Positions 1 through 9,353 are shown, counted from the stretch's first letter. The stretch is DNA of 64,000 nt from Coleofasciculus chthonoplastes F2-STO-03 (GCA_040222015.1 JAVJWO010000041.1:14823-78822); one strand, 5' to 3'. The notes: generated by a model not told the origin, from the sequence alone. Translations and numbers: made by a program.

Positions 1-525
1 ATTGGGACTAATTTGCAGGGCTTTGTCGAAACTCTTGAGGGCGGCTTTGGGGCGTCCGAGATTTGTTAAGACGTTACCGCGATTACTCCAGGCTTTATCG
101 TAATTGGGATTACAGGCGATCGCTTGATCGAAACTGGCGAGGGCTTCTTTGTTGCGTCCCAGAATCATTAGGGAAGTCCCGCGAGAGTTCCACGCTTCGG
201 GATGGGCGGATTCCCGTTCGATCACTTGATCGAAACTCGCGATCGCGGCTTCATGCTTTCCCCAATCTGACAAAACTATGCCTCGATTTAGCCATATACT
301 CGCATCCTGGGGATTTAACACCCCCGCTTGGTCAAAACTCGCGATCGCCTCTTCATATCGCTGTAGATGTCCCAGGGTGAGTCCCAGCCCTGTCCAAGCC
401 TCCTCATTTTCAGGGGTAAGCTTTACCGCATCCTGGAACAGGGCGACGGCGGCGTCAAAGTCTCCCCCCTGCAAACAGCGCATTCCTTGTTGAATGATGA
501 ATTTAACCGCTTTGGGATCAGTCAT
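1..525 (-). CDS. Tetratricopeptide repeat (TPR) protein, 5' part (continues beyond the window start)
   Basis: Not in the ORF track. Manual minus-strand translation from ATG at 525 gives MTDPKAVKFIIQQG...EEAWTGLGLTLGHLQRYEEAIASFDQA...EAWNSRGTSLMILGRNKEALASFDQAIACNPNYDKAWSNRGNVLTNLGR, i.e. successive 34-aa TPR units, open to position 1. Confidence 0.9.
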   Translation of the reverse strand, partial: MTDPKAVKFIIQQGMRCLQGGDFDAAVALFQDAVKLTPENEEAWTGLGLTLGHLQRYEEAIASFDQAGVLNPQDASIWLNRGIVLSDWGKHEAAIASFDQVIERESAHPEAWNSRGTSLMILGRNKEALASFDQAIACNPNYDKAWSNRGNVLTNLGRPKAALKSFDKALQISPN

Positions 526-542
526 AGAAGTAACCTGGGTGA

Positions 543-573
543 TAAGCTGTTTGGCATTTAAACCTTAATGTCA
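543..573. repeat. Isolated end of the MITE-like element seen complete at 34773-34900
   Basis: TAAGCTGTTTGGCATTTAAACCTTAATGTCA matches the reverse complement of 34870-34900 with one mismatch. Confidence 0.7.
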
Positions 574-918
574 GTTCTTAGGGAAACGACCTAAGCTAAG
601 CATTTCGCGGTATCGCGTAGGTTCTTAGTCGCCCCGACGCAAGCCTCAATGGTCACAGTCGATCTCCCTCTATCTTTGCAAATCTTTACAATTTTGTATT
701 ATTTTATACCTATTCGTTAAGATAGATATACGTTTATAATAATTCTAAAAATCTGAGTCAGAGTAGTGGCAACGCCCCCAAAGGGGTTGATTCTTCTACG
801 CCCTAGCCAATGCCGTTAGAAATTCAAAGGAATTGTTTATGGCAAATAGCGCCACTAGCCAAAGAAAAGCTAATAGTAAAACTAATAGCCGTACCCCTAA
901 AAAAGCGAGGAAACAAGC

Positions 919-1308
919 ATGGCAAAAGATAAGGAAACGCAATCAACAGAGCTAGCTGTTCAAAAGCAACAAGCCGGGGGAGTTTCTCTGGTTGAACCTT
1001 CAATCCCGCTACCGGGAAATCGTCCCATAGCCACCAGTTCGCTAAAAGTGAGTGATCAAGGTTCAATCAGGGGGATGCGTCCAGTGGATACCAGCGATTT
1101 ACAAGTTGTTGGTACGCTTTCATCCATGGGTATTCGCCCGATTACAGCAAGTAAGATGCAAATCAGAGATGTCATGGTTGTGTCTGGAAATCGCCCGATT
1201 TCTGTGAGTACCCTGCATCTTGAGAGCACAGAAATGATTATGGGAAACCGTCCCATCGCTTCCAATGTCATGGAAGAAGTTGATGAAATGATGGGTTATC
1301 TGGATTAA
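919..1308 (+). CDS. Hypothetical protein with five ~19-20 aa GxRP[IV] repeats
   Basis: 129-aa ORF with AGGA upstream; motifs GNRPIA, GMRPVD, GIRPIT, GNRPIS, GNRPIA. Confidence 0.8.
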   Translation: MAKDKETQSTELAVQKQQAGGVSLVEPSIPLPGNRPIATSSLKVSDQGSIRGMRPVDTSDLQVVGTLSSMGIRPITASKMQIRDVMVVSGNRPISVSTLHLESTEMIMGNRPIASNVMEEVDEMMGYLD

Positions 1309-1334
1309 CTGTTAGTGAAAAGCTATCGTCTAGG

Positions 1335-1366
1335 TTGTAGATATGTTGCATGCAACGTATCTACAA
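1335..1366. repeat. GTAG-type REP-like palindrome
   Basis: TTGTAGATATGTTGCATGCAACGTATCTACAA is a near-perfect palindrome. Confidence 0.6.
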
Positions 1367-1593
1367 TTTTGTATAGAAGTCTCTAAAAAAGGAGTCGTCA
1401 GCCCAGAGAAGGTATAACCAATTCCTACTTTAGACATAAAGCAGGGAGCAGGCTAATCTACCTGTAGATTGACGATTATAAGAAAAAATACAGATACATT
1501 GGACATTAACGGAAAAGAAATTGTCCCAAAAATTACTCATTCTTTTTTTTAGGGGCGAATTCATAATCACCATAATTCGGAGAATTTCAAAAT

Positions 1594-1776
1594 ATGAGTA
1601 CTGAAGATAGAGCTAAAGCCACTGCCAAAAACCTAGAAGGTAAGGCACAGGAAGTCATGAGTAATGTCACGGGTGATCCTGAAGATAAGGCAGAAGGTAA
1701 GGCAAAGCAAAATGAAGCTGAAGCTCGCCACGCTGTTGAAGACGTGAAAGACAAAGCAAAACAAGCCATTGACTAA
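1594..1776 (+). CDS. csbD: CsbD family general stress protein
   Basis: 60 aa; KNLEGKAQE...VTGD...AEGKAKQ pattern typical of CsbD/YjbJ; GGAG RBS. Confidence 0.9.
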   Translation: MSTEDRAKATAKNLEGKAQEVMSNVTGDPEDKAEGKAKQNEAEARHAVEDVKDKAKQAID

Positions 1777-1966
1777 TTGCATTGTCAGAAATAGTAAGCA
1801 GGTTGATAGTTTTGCGCGATTGGGAACGCCAAAAAAGCCGTATCTGATTTGAGTCGGCTGATTAATTTCTACCTGCCTTACTAGAATCAGAAGGTCTAGG
1901 CAGTCTTGATCTAGACCTTCTGGTTATTTATTGAAAATCCACTAATAGTTTCATCAGGAGGTTGCT

Positions 1967-2395
1967 GTGAGTTTAGGTAAAAAAACTCGCCAGTTTTTCA
2001 CGGCTTTGGCTTTAATTTTAGTCCTAGCGACCACATCGGCTTGCCAAGCCAACCAAACCAAGGCAAAAGCGCCAACGGCATTGAATCCCAGTGTCACCTA
2101 TCAACAATTAGAACGAGGCGATACAGCAGCAGGTCAAGAGTTTGGTAATTGGGTGGTGCAAACGGCAAAGGGATTAATTAGTGACGCCTACGTGCGCGAT
2201 AACGATAAGTTAGGGATTGTAATTACCCCTCAAGTTCGCCCGCCAGAGGTTAAGGATTTAGCCCGCTCTTTAGTTCAAGGGTTCCACCAAAATTTTCCGA
2301 ATCGAGATCTGAAGGTATTGGTATACGCCCCGGATAAAGAACTCATTGTGACAGCGAATTACAATAATCAGTCCAATCAAGTTACGTATCAATAA
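1967..2395 (+). CDS. Conserved hypothetical lipoprotein
   Basis: AGGAGG RBS, GTG start, hydrophobic signal peptide ending TTSAC (lipobox-like). Confidence 0.8.
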   Translation: MSLGKKTRQFFTALALILVLATTSACQANQTKAKAPTALNPSVTYQQLERGDTAAGQEFGNWVVQTAKGLISDAYVRDNDKLGIVITPQVRPPEVKDLARSLVQGFHQNFPNRDLKVLVYAPDKELIVTANYNNQSNQVTYQ

Positions 2396-2413
2396 AAAAG
2401 GAGATAATCAACC

Positions 2414-2935
2414 ATGGCAACAAGTGACCAGTATAAACGTCAAATCATGAAAGATTTGGCGGGTGGTAATACCGAATCTCTGGAACCTGTTCCCGAAACA
2501 CCAGAACAAGAGTATCAAAACTTTGATGACTTTGCTCAACGTTCTTCGCGAGATGAACGACGCCAATTATTTGGCAGATCCCTGCATCCCGATCGCATAC
2601 CTCCCAGTCAGATGGAACCTGAACTGCGACAGGCGATCGCTCACATTAAGCCCAAGGAACGGGATGATGTGGCGCGTGAGTTTTTCAAGCAACTCAAAAA
2701 ACGCGGATTGAGCGATCGCGACTTGGAAAAGCAACTGGGACTTTCAACTCATCACGCCAGTCGGATGACAGAGGATGATGTGGCTAAACTTGCCACCTTT
2801 ACCTATCATTCTCATCCGGATATCTTTCAGGACGTTTTAGCCGATCAACCTGCCATTGTCAAATTCCTCAGCAATCCCTTAGTGGGGGCGGTTATGGGGG
2901 CAATTGCCTCAAAATGGTTTGGACATCGTCGCTAA
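2414..2935 (+). CDS. Conserved hypothetical protein
   Basis: 173 aa, AGGAG RBS, directly after the previous gene; amphipathic C-terminus. Confidence 0.8.
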   Translation: MATSDQYKRQIMKDLAGGNTESLEPVPETPEQEYQNFDDFAQRSSRDERRQLFGRSLHPDRIPPSQMEPELRQAIAHIKPKERDDVAREFFKQLKKRGLSDRDLEKQLGLSTHHASRMTEDDVAKLATFTYHSHPDIFQDVLADQPAIVKFLSNPLVGAVMGAIASKWFGHRR

Positions 2936-2968
2936 TCACTTCAATATTGGTAGTTATTCATTACTATG

Positions 2969-2991
2969 AACCTGCGTCAGCAGGTTTTTTT
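2969..2991 (+). terminator. Rho-independent terminator
   Basis: AACCTGC-GTCA-GCAGGTT followed by a T run, after the 2414-2935 stop. Confidence 0.7.
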
Positions 2992-3133
2992 ATTACCCAC
3001 CCAGGGGCTGACGAAGTTAGTTTTGCTGGTAGCGTTCCCAAACCAAGTGCATATTTTTTGTCACCCTCTCGCCAAACCTCCGAGACAGTTCTTTCCATAA
3101 CTGACTGCCATATCTTTCAGATAAGCGCTACAA

Positions 3134-3292
3134 GATATTGCGGAGTTTATGGAACCTGTTGACGAAGTGGGAGGAGACTATTATGATATTCTTCATTACG
3201 ATGATGTTGTGACTATTGGCATTGGTGATTTGGCGGGACATGGGTTAGAAAGTGGTGTGGTCATGCTGATGGCACAAAGGGCAATTAAGTAG
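3134..3292 (+). pseudogene. Fragment of a SpoIIE/RsbU-type PP2C phosphatase
   Basis: Manual translation DIAEFMEPVDEVGGDYYDILHYDDVVTIGIGDLAGHGLESGVVMLMAQRAIK* contains the EVGGDYYD and GDxxGHG motifs; the rest of the domain is absent. Confidence 0.85.
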
Positions 3293-3420
3293 TTAGGGAC
3301 AATTGAAGTTAACGGTAAGGCTGGTCATACTCGCTTCCCTTGAGAAGCAAACTACGTTTTATGTAAGGGTTTGAGGCGTATTTAAAAAACTTAATTTAGT
3401 TAAGTTTATTTCCACCAACC
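3286..3420. mobile_element. Putative MITE-like insertion truncating the SpoIIE fragment
   Basis: 3286-3308 TAAGTAGTTAGGGACAATTGAAG matches the reverse complement of 15898-15920 (20/23). The internal GTCATACTCGCTTCCCTT...AGCAA.CTACGT recurs at ~10938-10971. Right boundary approximate. Confidence 0.45.
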
Positions 3421-3480
3421 CAACCCTTATAACATTATTAGACAAATTATGAAAAAAATAATAACTTTTGATTGGACATA

Positions 3481-4080
3481 ATGGCTATGCATAAGATATT
3501 TGGAGAATTCCAAGAAAATCTACCTAATGAACAAGAGTTTTTAATTCTTGGCTTCTCACCGAGTTCCATACCCATTCAGCAACGCTGGCGCAACAATGGT
3601 TTGTCGGCTGATTTTGTCGCTGATTACTTAACTACCTTTTTCCCCGCTATTGACGAAGATCCAGACCCTGAGGGAAAGCGAGTCGAAATAAAAGGAGCGG
3701 TGAGTTATATCGCTAATGAATTACTGGAAAATGCGATGAAATTTAATGACGATAGTTCATCCTATCCAATTAAATTTGGGTTGCATATTTTAGATTTTGC
3801 GACAGAAATAACTTTAGTTTTATTGACGACTAATAGTATTCCTGAACAATCTATTGACAAGTTACAATCCTTCATTAAAGAATTACTAGAATCCGATATA
3901 GATGAACTCTATATTCGTCAGTTAGAAAAAAGTGCTGAAGATGAAACCGGGGGAGCTTCTGGACTGGGGTTATTAACCATGAAAAATGATTATTTTGCCA
4001 AGTTAGGTTGGAAATTTGAAACCGTTCAACGAGAACCCGAGGTGGTTACGGTGACAACGATGGTGCAACTTAAGGTATAG
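3481..4080 (+). CDS. slr1658-like (SiaB-like) GHKL/HATPase-fold regulator
   Basis: QRWRNNGLSADFVADY, SYIANELLENAMKF (N-box) and SGLGLLTM (G2 box). Confidence 0.85.
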   Translation: MAMHKIFGEFQENLPNEQEFLILGFSPSSIPIQQRWRNNGLSADFVADYLTTFFPAIDEDPDPEGKRVEIKGAVSYIANELLENAMKFNDDSSSYPIKFGLHILDFATEITLVLLTTNSIPEQSIDKLQSFIKELLESDIDELYIRQLEKSAEDETGGASGLGLLTMKNDYFAKLGWKFETVQREPEVVTVTTMVQLKV

Positions 4081-4138
4081 ACTCAAAACCTTCACTAAGT
4101 ATTATCGATGATTTGTAGTTTTAGGAGCTAAATTATTC

Positions 4139-4492
4139 ATGGAAAAGAAAAACGTTCAGGGTGATAATTACCAAGTAATCGGTGATACAGAAACAGCAAC
4201 TGTATATTTTGAAGGGTCACTGCGACTGGGTGGAATGAAGGAGTACGAACCGATCATCAAAATCCTCGATGAGATGATTCAGCAAGACTCTTCCCTGATT
4301 ACGTTAAACCTGCGAGAGCTAGAATTTCTCAATAGTTCGGGAATTAGCATGTTGTCTAAATTTGTCCTGAATGTACGCAAAAAGAAGACGATCGGGATCG
4401 AAATTCAAGGCTCTGCAAAAATTCCTTGGCAAGGAAAATCGTTAAAGAATTTACAGCGATTAATGCCAGGATTAAAGTTGGAATTGGACTAA
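4139..4492 (+). CDS. slr1659-like STAS/anti-anti-sigma-type (SiaC-like) protein
   Basis: LNLRELEFLNSSGI phosphoacceptor motif; IPWQGKSLKNLQRL; follows the slr1658-like gene. Confidence 0.85.
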   Translation: MEKKNVQGDNYQVIGDTETATVYFEGSLRLGGMKEYEPIIKILDEMIQQDSSLITLNLRELEFLNSSGISMLSKFVLNVRKKKTIGIEIQGSAKIPWQGKSLKNLQRLMPGLKLELD

Positions 4493-4528
4493 TTATAGTC
4501 CCGATTTATAAGATGCGTTGGTGTTCTC

Positions 4529-4792
4529 GTAGGGGCGACCCGCCGCATCCAATTAACACCACCCGACCTTTAATAAGCTCGGGTCGCCCTGCACGGGGTA
4601 TCGGGAATTATCTAACACCTTGTACAAATGTAGGGGCGACTCGCCGCATCCAATTAACACCACCCAACCTTTAATTGGCTCGGGTCGCCCTGCACCGAGT
4701 ATCGGGATTTATCTAACACCGCATTTAGAAAAGGGCGAGTCGATACAAGTTAATTCTCACACTGCCTACTATGTGCAGCGACTCGCCCCTAC
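4529..4792. repeat. Two tandem ~101-bp REPIN-like units plus an inverted arm; third copy at 11983-12074
   Basis: GTAGGGGCGAC.CGCCGCATCCAATTAACACCACC...CTCGGGTCGCCC...GTATCGGGA.TTATCTAACACC starts at 4529, 4630 and 11983. Confidence 0.85.
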
Positions 4793-4799
4793 AACCGCG

Positions 4800-4979
4800 A
4801 TAATCCCGATAATCCCGATAATCCCGATAATCCCAATAATCCCAATAATCCCAATAATCCCAATAATCCCGATAATCCCGATAATCCCGATAATCCCGAT
4901 AATCCCGATAATCCCGATAATCCCGATAATCCCAATAATCCCAATAATCCCGATAATCCCGATAATCCCAATAATCCCG
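4800..4979. repeat. 9-bp tandem repeat (ATAATCCCR) x20
   Basis: Read directly; lies between convergent genes. Confidence 0.95.
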
Positions 4980-5023
4980 ACAAAGGTAACTAAACCCGCC
5001 CTTGTTGGACACCATTTTAAGGC

Positions 5024-6982
5024 TTAAAATCGTTGACCCAAACCAAACTGGACTCGGCTATCTCCTTGGTCATTAAATCCTAAATCGGCGCGAATGATAC
5101 CCACAGGGGAATTGACGCGCAATCCCGCACCGTAACCGAACCCACTTCCCGGTTTACCCCGCACCACACCCGGTTCTCCTGGTACGGTTTCACTCGAACC
5201 CAAATCCGATGCAAAGTCAGCAAAAACAACCGCGCCTACTGGATTGAAGATGGGAATCCGATACTCCGCCGACGCTAACACATAACTGCGCCCTGTTCCG
5301 ACATCCCCTGTACCGTAGCCTCGCACCGAATTTTGACCGCCGAGGTTAAAGGCGTTGTAGGGGGGTAAATCACCAATCGTGGTTCCTCCCTGAACGTTAA
5401 ATGCCAAGACTTCTTGACTATTGCCATTAAAGACATCAACGGGAACGTACTGAGAGTAGTTTGCCTCCAGCCGATTCATCAAAATACTACCATTACCAAT
5501 GGGTACAGACTGTTCCGTACTCAGACGCATCACAGAACCTTGGGTGGGATTGACAGGATTGTCTCGTTTATCCCGCGTCACTCCGGCGGAGACGGTAACT
5601 AAATCATCAATTCCGTTATCACTGAAGGAGAGACGATTCCCGAATTCATCAACCGCATTCACTTCGCCGTCACTATCGCGGATACTGGTGCGGGTATAGT
5701 TGACGCCTACCGACGCATCCCATTCCTGATTCACGGGTTTGGATAAGCTGACACCACCGCCAAACTGTCCTTCACGGGGATCATCCCCATTCGCGAGATC
5801 AACATCACCATCGAATGTTTGGGATACACTACGACGCCGAAACGTATTCACGTTATATCCCGGTTGTTCTGGATTACTGGCACGATACGGTCTACCATAG
5901 TTGCCATCAAACTGGAAGTCGCGACGGCTAAACTGTATATTCAATCCCAGTTTCTGGTTCACACCACCAAGATTAAAGTCGTTATAGCTAAGAGTGCCAA
6001 AAACACCGCTATCATTGCTATATCCTGCGCCAGCATTTACCCCACGAGCTGATTTTTCAATCAGGTTATAAATAACATCGACATTTCTCGCATCACCATT
6101 GAGGGAAATGTCCACCGTCTCAAATAATCCCAATTGGTAAAGCTGTTGCAAGTCTTGGCGGACAACCTCTACATTAAAGACTTGACCGGGTTGTAGGTTC
6201 AATTCGCGATCAATGAAATCCTCGCGAGTTCGTCCGTCTGTGGGTTCGCCTTCTTCATCGAGGAAGCGGAAATTAACATCACTGACGACGCCTTCGGCTA
6301 CTTCAACTGTAATTACCCCATCGGGTGTCGATCGCACGTCTAAAACCTGTGCCAAGATATACCCATTGTCTTCATACCATTGTTCTAACTGTTGTAAGCC
6401 TTGACGTAGGGTAGCTGGACTAACGGGTTGACCCAATTGAGAATTGAAAATAGAATCAGCTATGTCTGGGGTAAGAATCTGGTTACCGGAAAGTTCTAGC
6501 GATCGCGCGATAACGGGTTCAACCTGATAAACTACCTCCCAGCCAGTGGAGTTAGCGGTTGGCGTGACACTGGCGTTGGCAAATAACCCTGTATCTAAAA
6601 TCCCTTGAATATCCTGATCCAATTGACTTTGACTCGTTTGACCCCCTGGACGAGTTCTAATCGTTTTTAAGACAAGCTGCTGCAATTCTTCCGACACACC
6701 AACGACTTGCACGTCTGTAGCGAGAACAACTAAATCGTTATACCGTTGAGATTGATTTAGGGTGGGAACAGATTGGGCAAATTCTGGGGTTGGCGTCGCT
6801 TCTGGAGAGGCGACAGTTCTAGGGGATGGCGTGGCTGAGGTGGCTTCTGTGGGGACAACATAGTTTCTGGTTTCCGATGGTGGGTTAGTTGTCGGGGAAT
6901 CTGGAGTCGCGATCGCTGGCTGAGTTAACTCGCTACCCACCAGCACAGCCAAAGTGGAAAAAGCAACATATCTATATAGCAT
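5024..6982 (-). CDS. Omp85/BamA-TamA family outer-membrane protein (POTRA domains + beta-barrel)
   Basis: Signal peptide from ATG 6982, Pro/Thr-rich linker, POTRA motifs (YEDNGY, LYQLGLF), GGQNSVRGY loop, C-terminal FGLGQRF. Confidence 0.92.
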   Translation of the reverse strand: MLYRYVAFSTLAVLVGSELTQPAIATPDSPTTNPPSETRNYVVPTEATSATPSPRTVASPEATPTPEFAQSVPTLNQSQRYNDLVVLATDVQVVGVSEELQQLVLKTIRTRPGGQTSQSQLDQDIQGILDTGLFANASVTPTANSTGWEVVYQVEPVIARSLELSGNQILTPDIADSIFNSQLGQPVSPATLRQGLQQLEQWYEDNGYILAQVLDVRSTPDGVITVEVAEGVVSDVNFRFLDEEGEPTDGRTREDFIDRELNLQPGQVFNVEVVRQDLQQLYQLGLFETVDISLNGDARNVDVIYNLIEKSARGVNAGAGYSNDSGVFGTLSYNDFNLGGVNQKLGLNIQFSRRDFQFDGNYGRPYRASNPEQPGYNVNTFRRRSVSQTFDGDVDLANGDDPREGQFGGGVSLSKPVNQEWDASVGVNYTRTSIRDSDGEVNAVDEFGNRLSFSDNGIDDLVTVSAGVTRDKRDNPVNPTQGSVMRLSTEQSVPIGNGSILMNRLEANYSQYVPVDVFNGNSQEVLAFNVQGGTTIGDLPPYNAFNLGGQNSVRGYGTGDVGTGRSYVLASAEYRIPIFNPVGAVVFADFASDLGSSETVPGEPGVVRGKPGSGFGYGAGLRVNSPVGIIRADLGFNDQGDSRVQFGLGQRF

Positions 6983-7101
6983 AAAATTAGCCTCAATCGT
7001 CCGTTCGTTAGTGAAAATTGTCTTACGTTTGGTTAACCTGACCGAGGCTAAACCTGTGGAGTTCCAACCGATGTGCCACCTTTCTATCTGACACAATCTG
7101 T

Positions 7102-7165
7102 GTAGGGGCGGGTTTCACTATTATCGTTTTTTACCTCACCCAGATATGAATAAACCCGCCCCGAC
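7102..7165. repeat. REPIN/MITE-like element, subfamily A
   Basis: GTAGGGGCGGGTTT-cactattatcg...-AAACCCGCCCC; related copies at 15677, 22420 and 58376 (inverted). Confidence 0.8.
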
Positions 7166-7269
7166 TAAGTTGAGAGAGGTTGATCAAACATGAAAATCTA
7201 ACCTCTAAAATTATCTGACCTAAAAGCGATGTATCATATCAAATTCAGGTCAAACGTTATCGCAAAAGT

Positions 7270-9063
7270 ATGCAACAGGTTGATTGGTTGATAGTTCTGC
7301 TCTACCTGATTGGCTCAATGGGCTTAGGGCTGTATCTATCTCGCAAAGCCTCAGGGAGTTTGGTGGATTTTTTCGTCTCCGGGCGATCGCTTCCTTGGTG
7401 GTTAGCGGGTACAAGTATGGCAGCGACGACGTTTTCTATTGATACACCCCTTTATATTGCTGGGGTTGTGGGTAATCGAGGCATTGCCGGAAACTGGGAA
7501 TGGTGGAGTTTTGGCATCGCCCATTTGGTGATGATTTATATCTTTGCCCGATTGTGGCGACGTTCGGAAATTGTCACCGACGCGGAATTGACTGAACTGC
7601 GTTATGGCGGAAGAACAGCCGCAATTTTACGGGGAACCAAAGCATTTTTATTTGCCGTACCGATTAATTGTATTGCTATTGGCTACGCTATGCTTGCCAT
7701 GATTAAAGTGGTGGATGCCTTGGAACTTTGGCAGAGTTTGGGGATTGAACCGGGGGAAAATCTGAAAATTTTGAGTGTGGTTGGTGTTAGCATTTTGGTT
7801 TTAATTTACTCAGGTTTTGCGGGGCTTTGGGGTGTGGTAACAACCGATTTTTTCCAGTTCTTTTTAGCACTATTTGGGGCAATTGTTGTCGCGATCGCAG
7901 CGGTGAGTCATGTCGGTGGAATTCATGTCCTTGTGCCAGAAGTACAGCGGATCACTGAACAAGATATTTTATCCTTTTTCCCCATAACTGATAATTTCCG
8001 CTGGAGTGAAACGGCGGGAATTACCGCGAGTACCTTTTTTGCCTATATCTTTCTCCAGTGGTGGACATTTCGTCGGAGTGATGGCGGCGGGGAATTCGTG
8101 CAGCGTCTAGCGGCGTCTAAGGATGAAGCGGAGGCAGAAAAAGCGGCGTGGTTATTTAATATTCTCCATTATATAATCAGAACTTGGCCCTGGATACTCG
8201 TGGCGCTGGTGGCGATTGTCGTCTATCCCGATTTATCCGACCGAGAATTGGGTTATCCGAAACTGATGCTAGATTTCCTTCCCCCGGTGATGTTGGGGTT
8301 AGTGGTTACGTCTCTACTGGCTGCGTTTATGAGTACGGTATCTACATCGATTAACTGGGGCGCATCTTATTTAACCAATGATCTGTATCAGCGCTTTATC
8401 AGACCGAATGCTCAACAGTCAGAGTTGGTATTAGCGGGGCGGATTGCTTCAGTGGTGGTGACGGCATTAGGGGCGATAGCGGCGTTCTTTTCTCAGGATG
8501 TGGCAACCGTATTTCGGTTAGTGATTGCCATTGGCACTGGTCCTGGCTTAGTCTTAATCCTACGCTGGTTTTGGTGGCGAATTAACGCCATAGCTGAACT
8601 GACGGCAATGGTGGGTGGGTTTATTGTTGGGTTAACCACCAGTATCGTCCCGATTATTCAGATTGAGGAGTTTGGTTTGCGTCTATTGGTGACGACAGTT
8701 ATTACCAGTGTGTTATGGATTACAGCCATGTTAGTGACGCCGCCAGAATCGGAGGCAACTCTAGATGAATTTTATCGTCGGGTGCTTCCAGCCGGTCCCG
8801 GTTGGCAACGTCAACAGGAAAGTACGGGTTTATTACCGATTCAAAGCCTGGGACAGGATATTAAACAGGTATTTGCCGCCATTTTATTGTTGTTTGGTAC
8901 GATGTTTGCGATCGGAGGATTTCTGCTGCTACAACCCCTGACGGGTTGGGTATCCCTGATCATCGCTGTGGGTGGGGCAATGTTGCTGCGTCAGCTTAAT
9001 CGGAAAAAAGCTGACCGGATACCTAGACCGGGATTAGAGGATCAAGACGATAATTCCAAGTAG
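7270..9063 (+). CDS. Sodium:solute symporter family protein
   Basis: DFFVSGRSLPWW, AAFMSTVSTSINWGASYLTND, about 13-14 TM segments. Confidence 0.92.
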   Translation: MQQVDWLIVLLYLIGSMGLGLYLSRKASGSLVDFFVSGRSLPWWLAGTSMAATTFSIDTPLYIAGVVGNRGIAGNWEWWSFGIAHLVMIYIFARLWRRSEIVTDAELTELRYGGRTAAILRGTKAFLFAVPINCIAIGYAMLAMIKVVDALELWQSLGIEPGENLKILSVVGVSILVLIYSGFAGLWGVVTTDFFQFFLALFGAIVVAIAAVSHVGGIHVLVPEVQRITEQDILSFFPITDNFRWSETAGITASTFFAYIFLQWWTFRRSDGGGEFVQRLAASKDEAEAEKAAWLFNILHYIIRTWPWILVALVAIVVYPDLSDRELGYPKLMLDFLPPVMLGLVVTSLLAAFMSTVSTSINWGASYLTNDLYQRFIRPNAQQSELVLAGRIASVVVTALGAIAAFFSQDVATVFRLVIAIGTGPGLVLILRWFWWRINAIAELTAMVGGFIVGLTTSIVPIIQIEEFGLRLLVTTVITSVLWITAMLVTPPESEATLDEFYRRVLPAGPGWQRQQESTGLLPIQSLGQDIKQVFAAILLLFGTMFAIGGFLLLQPLTGWVSLIIAVGGAMLLRQLNRKKADRIPRPGLEDQDDNSK

Positions 9064-9114
9064 TTATAAGATAGATAACAATGGCGTTACAAATCTTTAT
9101 CCAATTGGATACCT

Positions 9115-9279
9115 ATGTCTATTTTCCGTCAGTATATTGCCCCTTTTCTGATCGTCTTAGTTTTTGTCGTCGCGTTACTCGCCGTTAGCGCTCGTATCTT
9201 TTTGCCCAATGATATGGCAGCACCTGCACCTATTGAAGATGCCAATTCAGTAAGTATGAGGGAATTGGGGATGTTTTGA
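9115..9279 (+). CDS. Small single-TM protein (54 aa)
   Basis: Below the ORF-track cut-off: MSIFRQYIAPFLIVLVFVVALLAVSARIFLPNDMAAPAPIEDANSVSMRELGMF*; resembles a small conserved cyanobacterial protein (from memory). Confidence 0.7.
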   Translation: MSIFRQYIAPFLIVLVFVVALLAVSARIFLPNDMAAPAPIEDANSVSMRELGMF

Positions 9280-9290
9280 GTATTGAGTGT

Positions 9291-9353
9291 GTAGGGGCGG
9301 GTTTAGGGACTTCGCGCAAGCTGTTCATGATAACTGTTGTTCAAAACCCGCCC
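9291..9353. repeat. REPIN/MITE-like element, subfamily B
   Basis: GTAGGGGCGGGTTTAGGGACTTCGCGCAAGC...CAAAACCCGCCC; near-identical copies at 57617 and 58471 (inverted). Confidence 0.8.

Noticed and set aside
63..561. Plus-strand ORFs 63-380, 278-493 and 367-561
   Set aside because: Shadows of the minus-strand TPR gene.
696..740. GTA-N8-TAC (NtcA-like box) followed by TATAAT
   Set aside because: Spacing to the -10 hexamer is 25 nt rather than the canonical ~22-23, and the short motif is expected by chance in AT-rich DNA.
4620..5027. ORFs with (IIP)n, (DYR/DYW)n and (GLS/GLL)n
   Set aside because: Translations of the 9-bp tandem repeat and REP units; no RBS or domain content.
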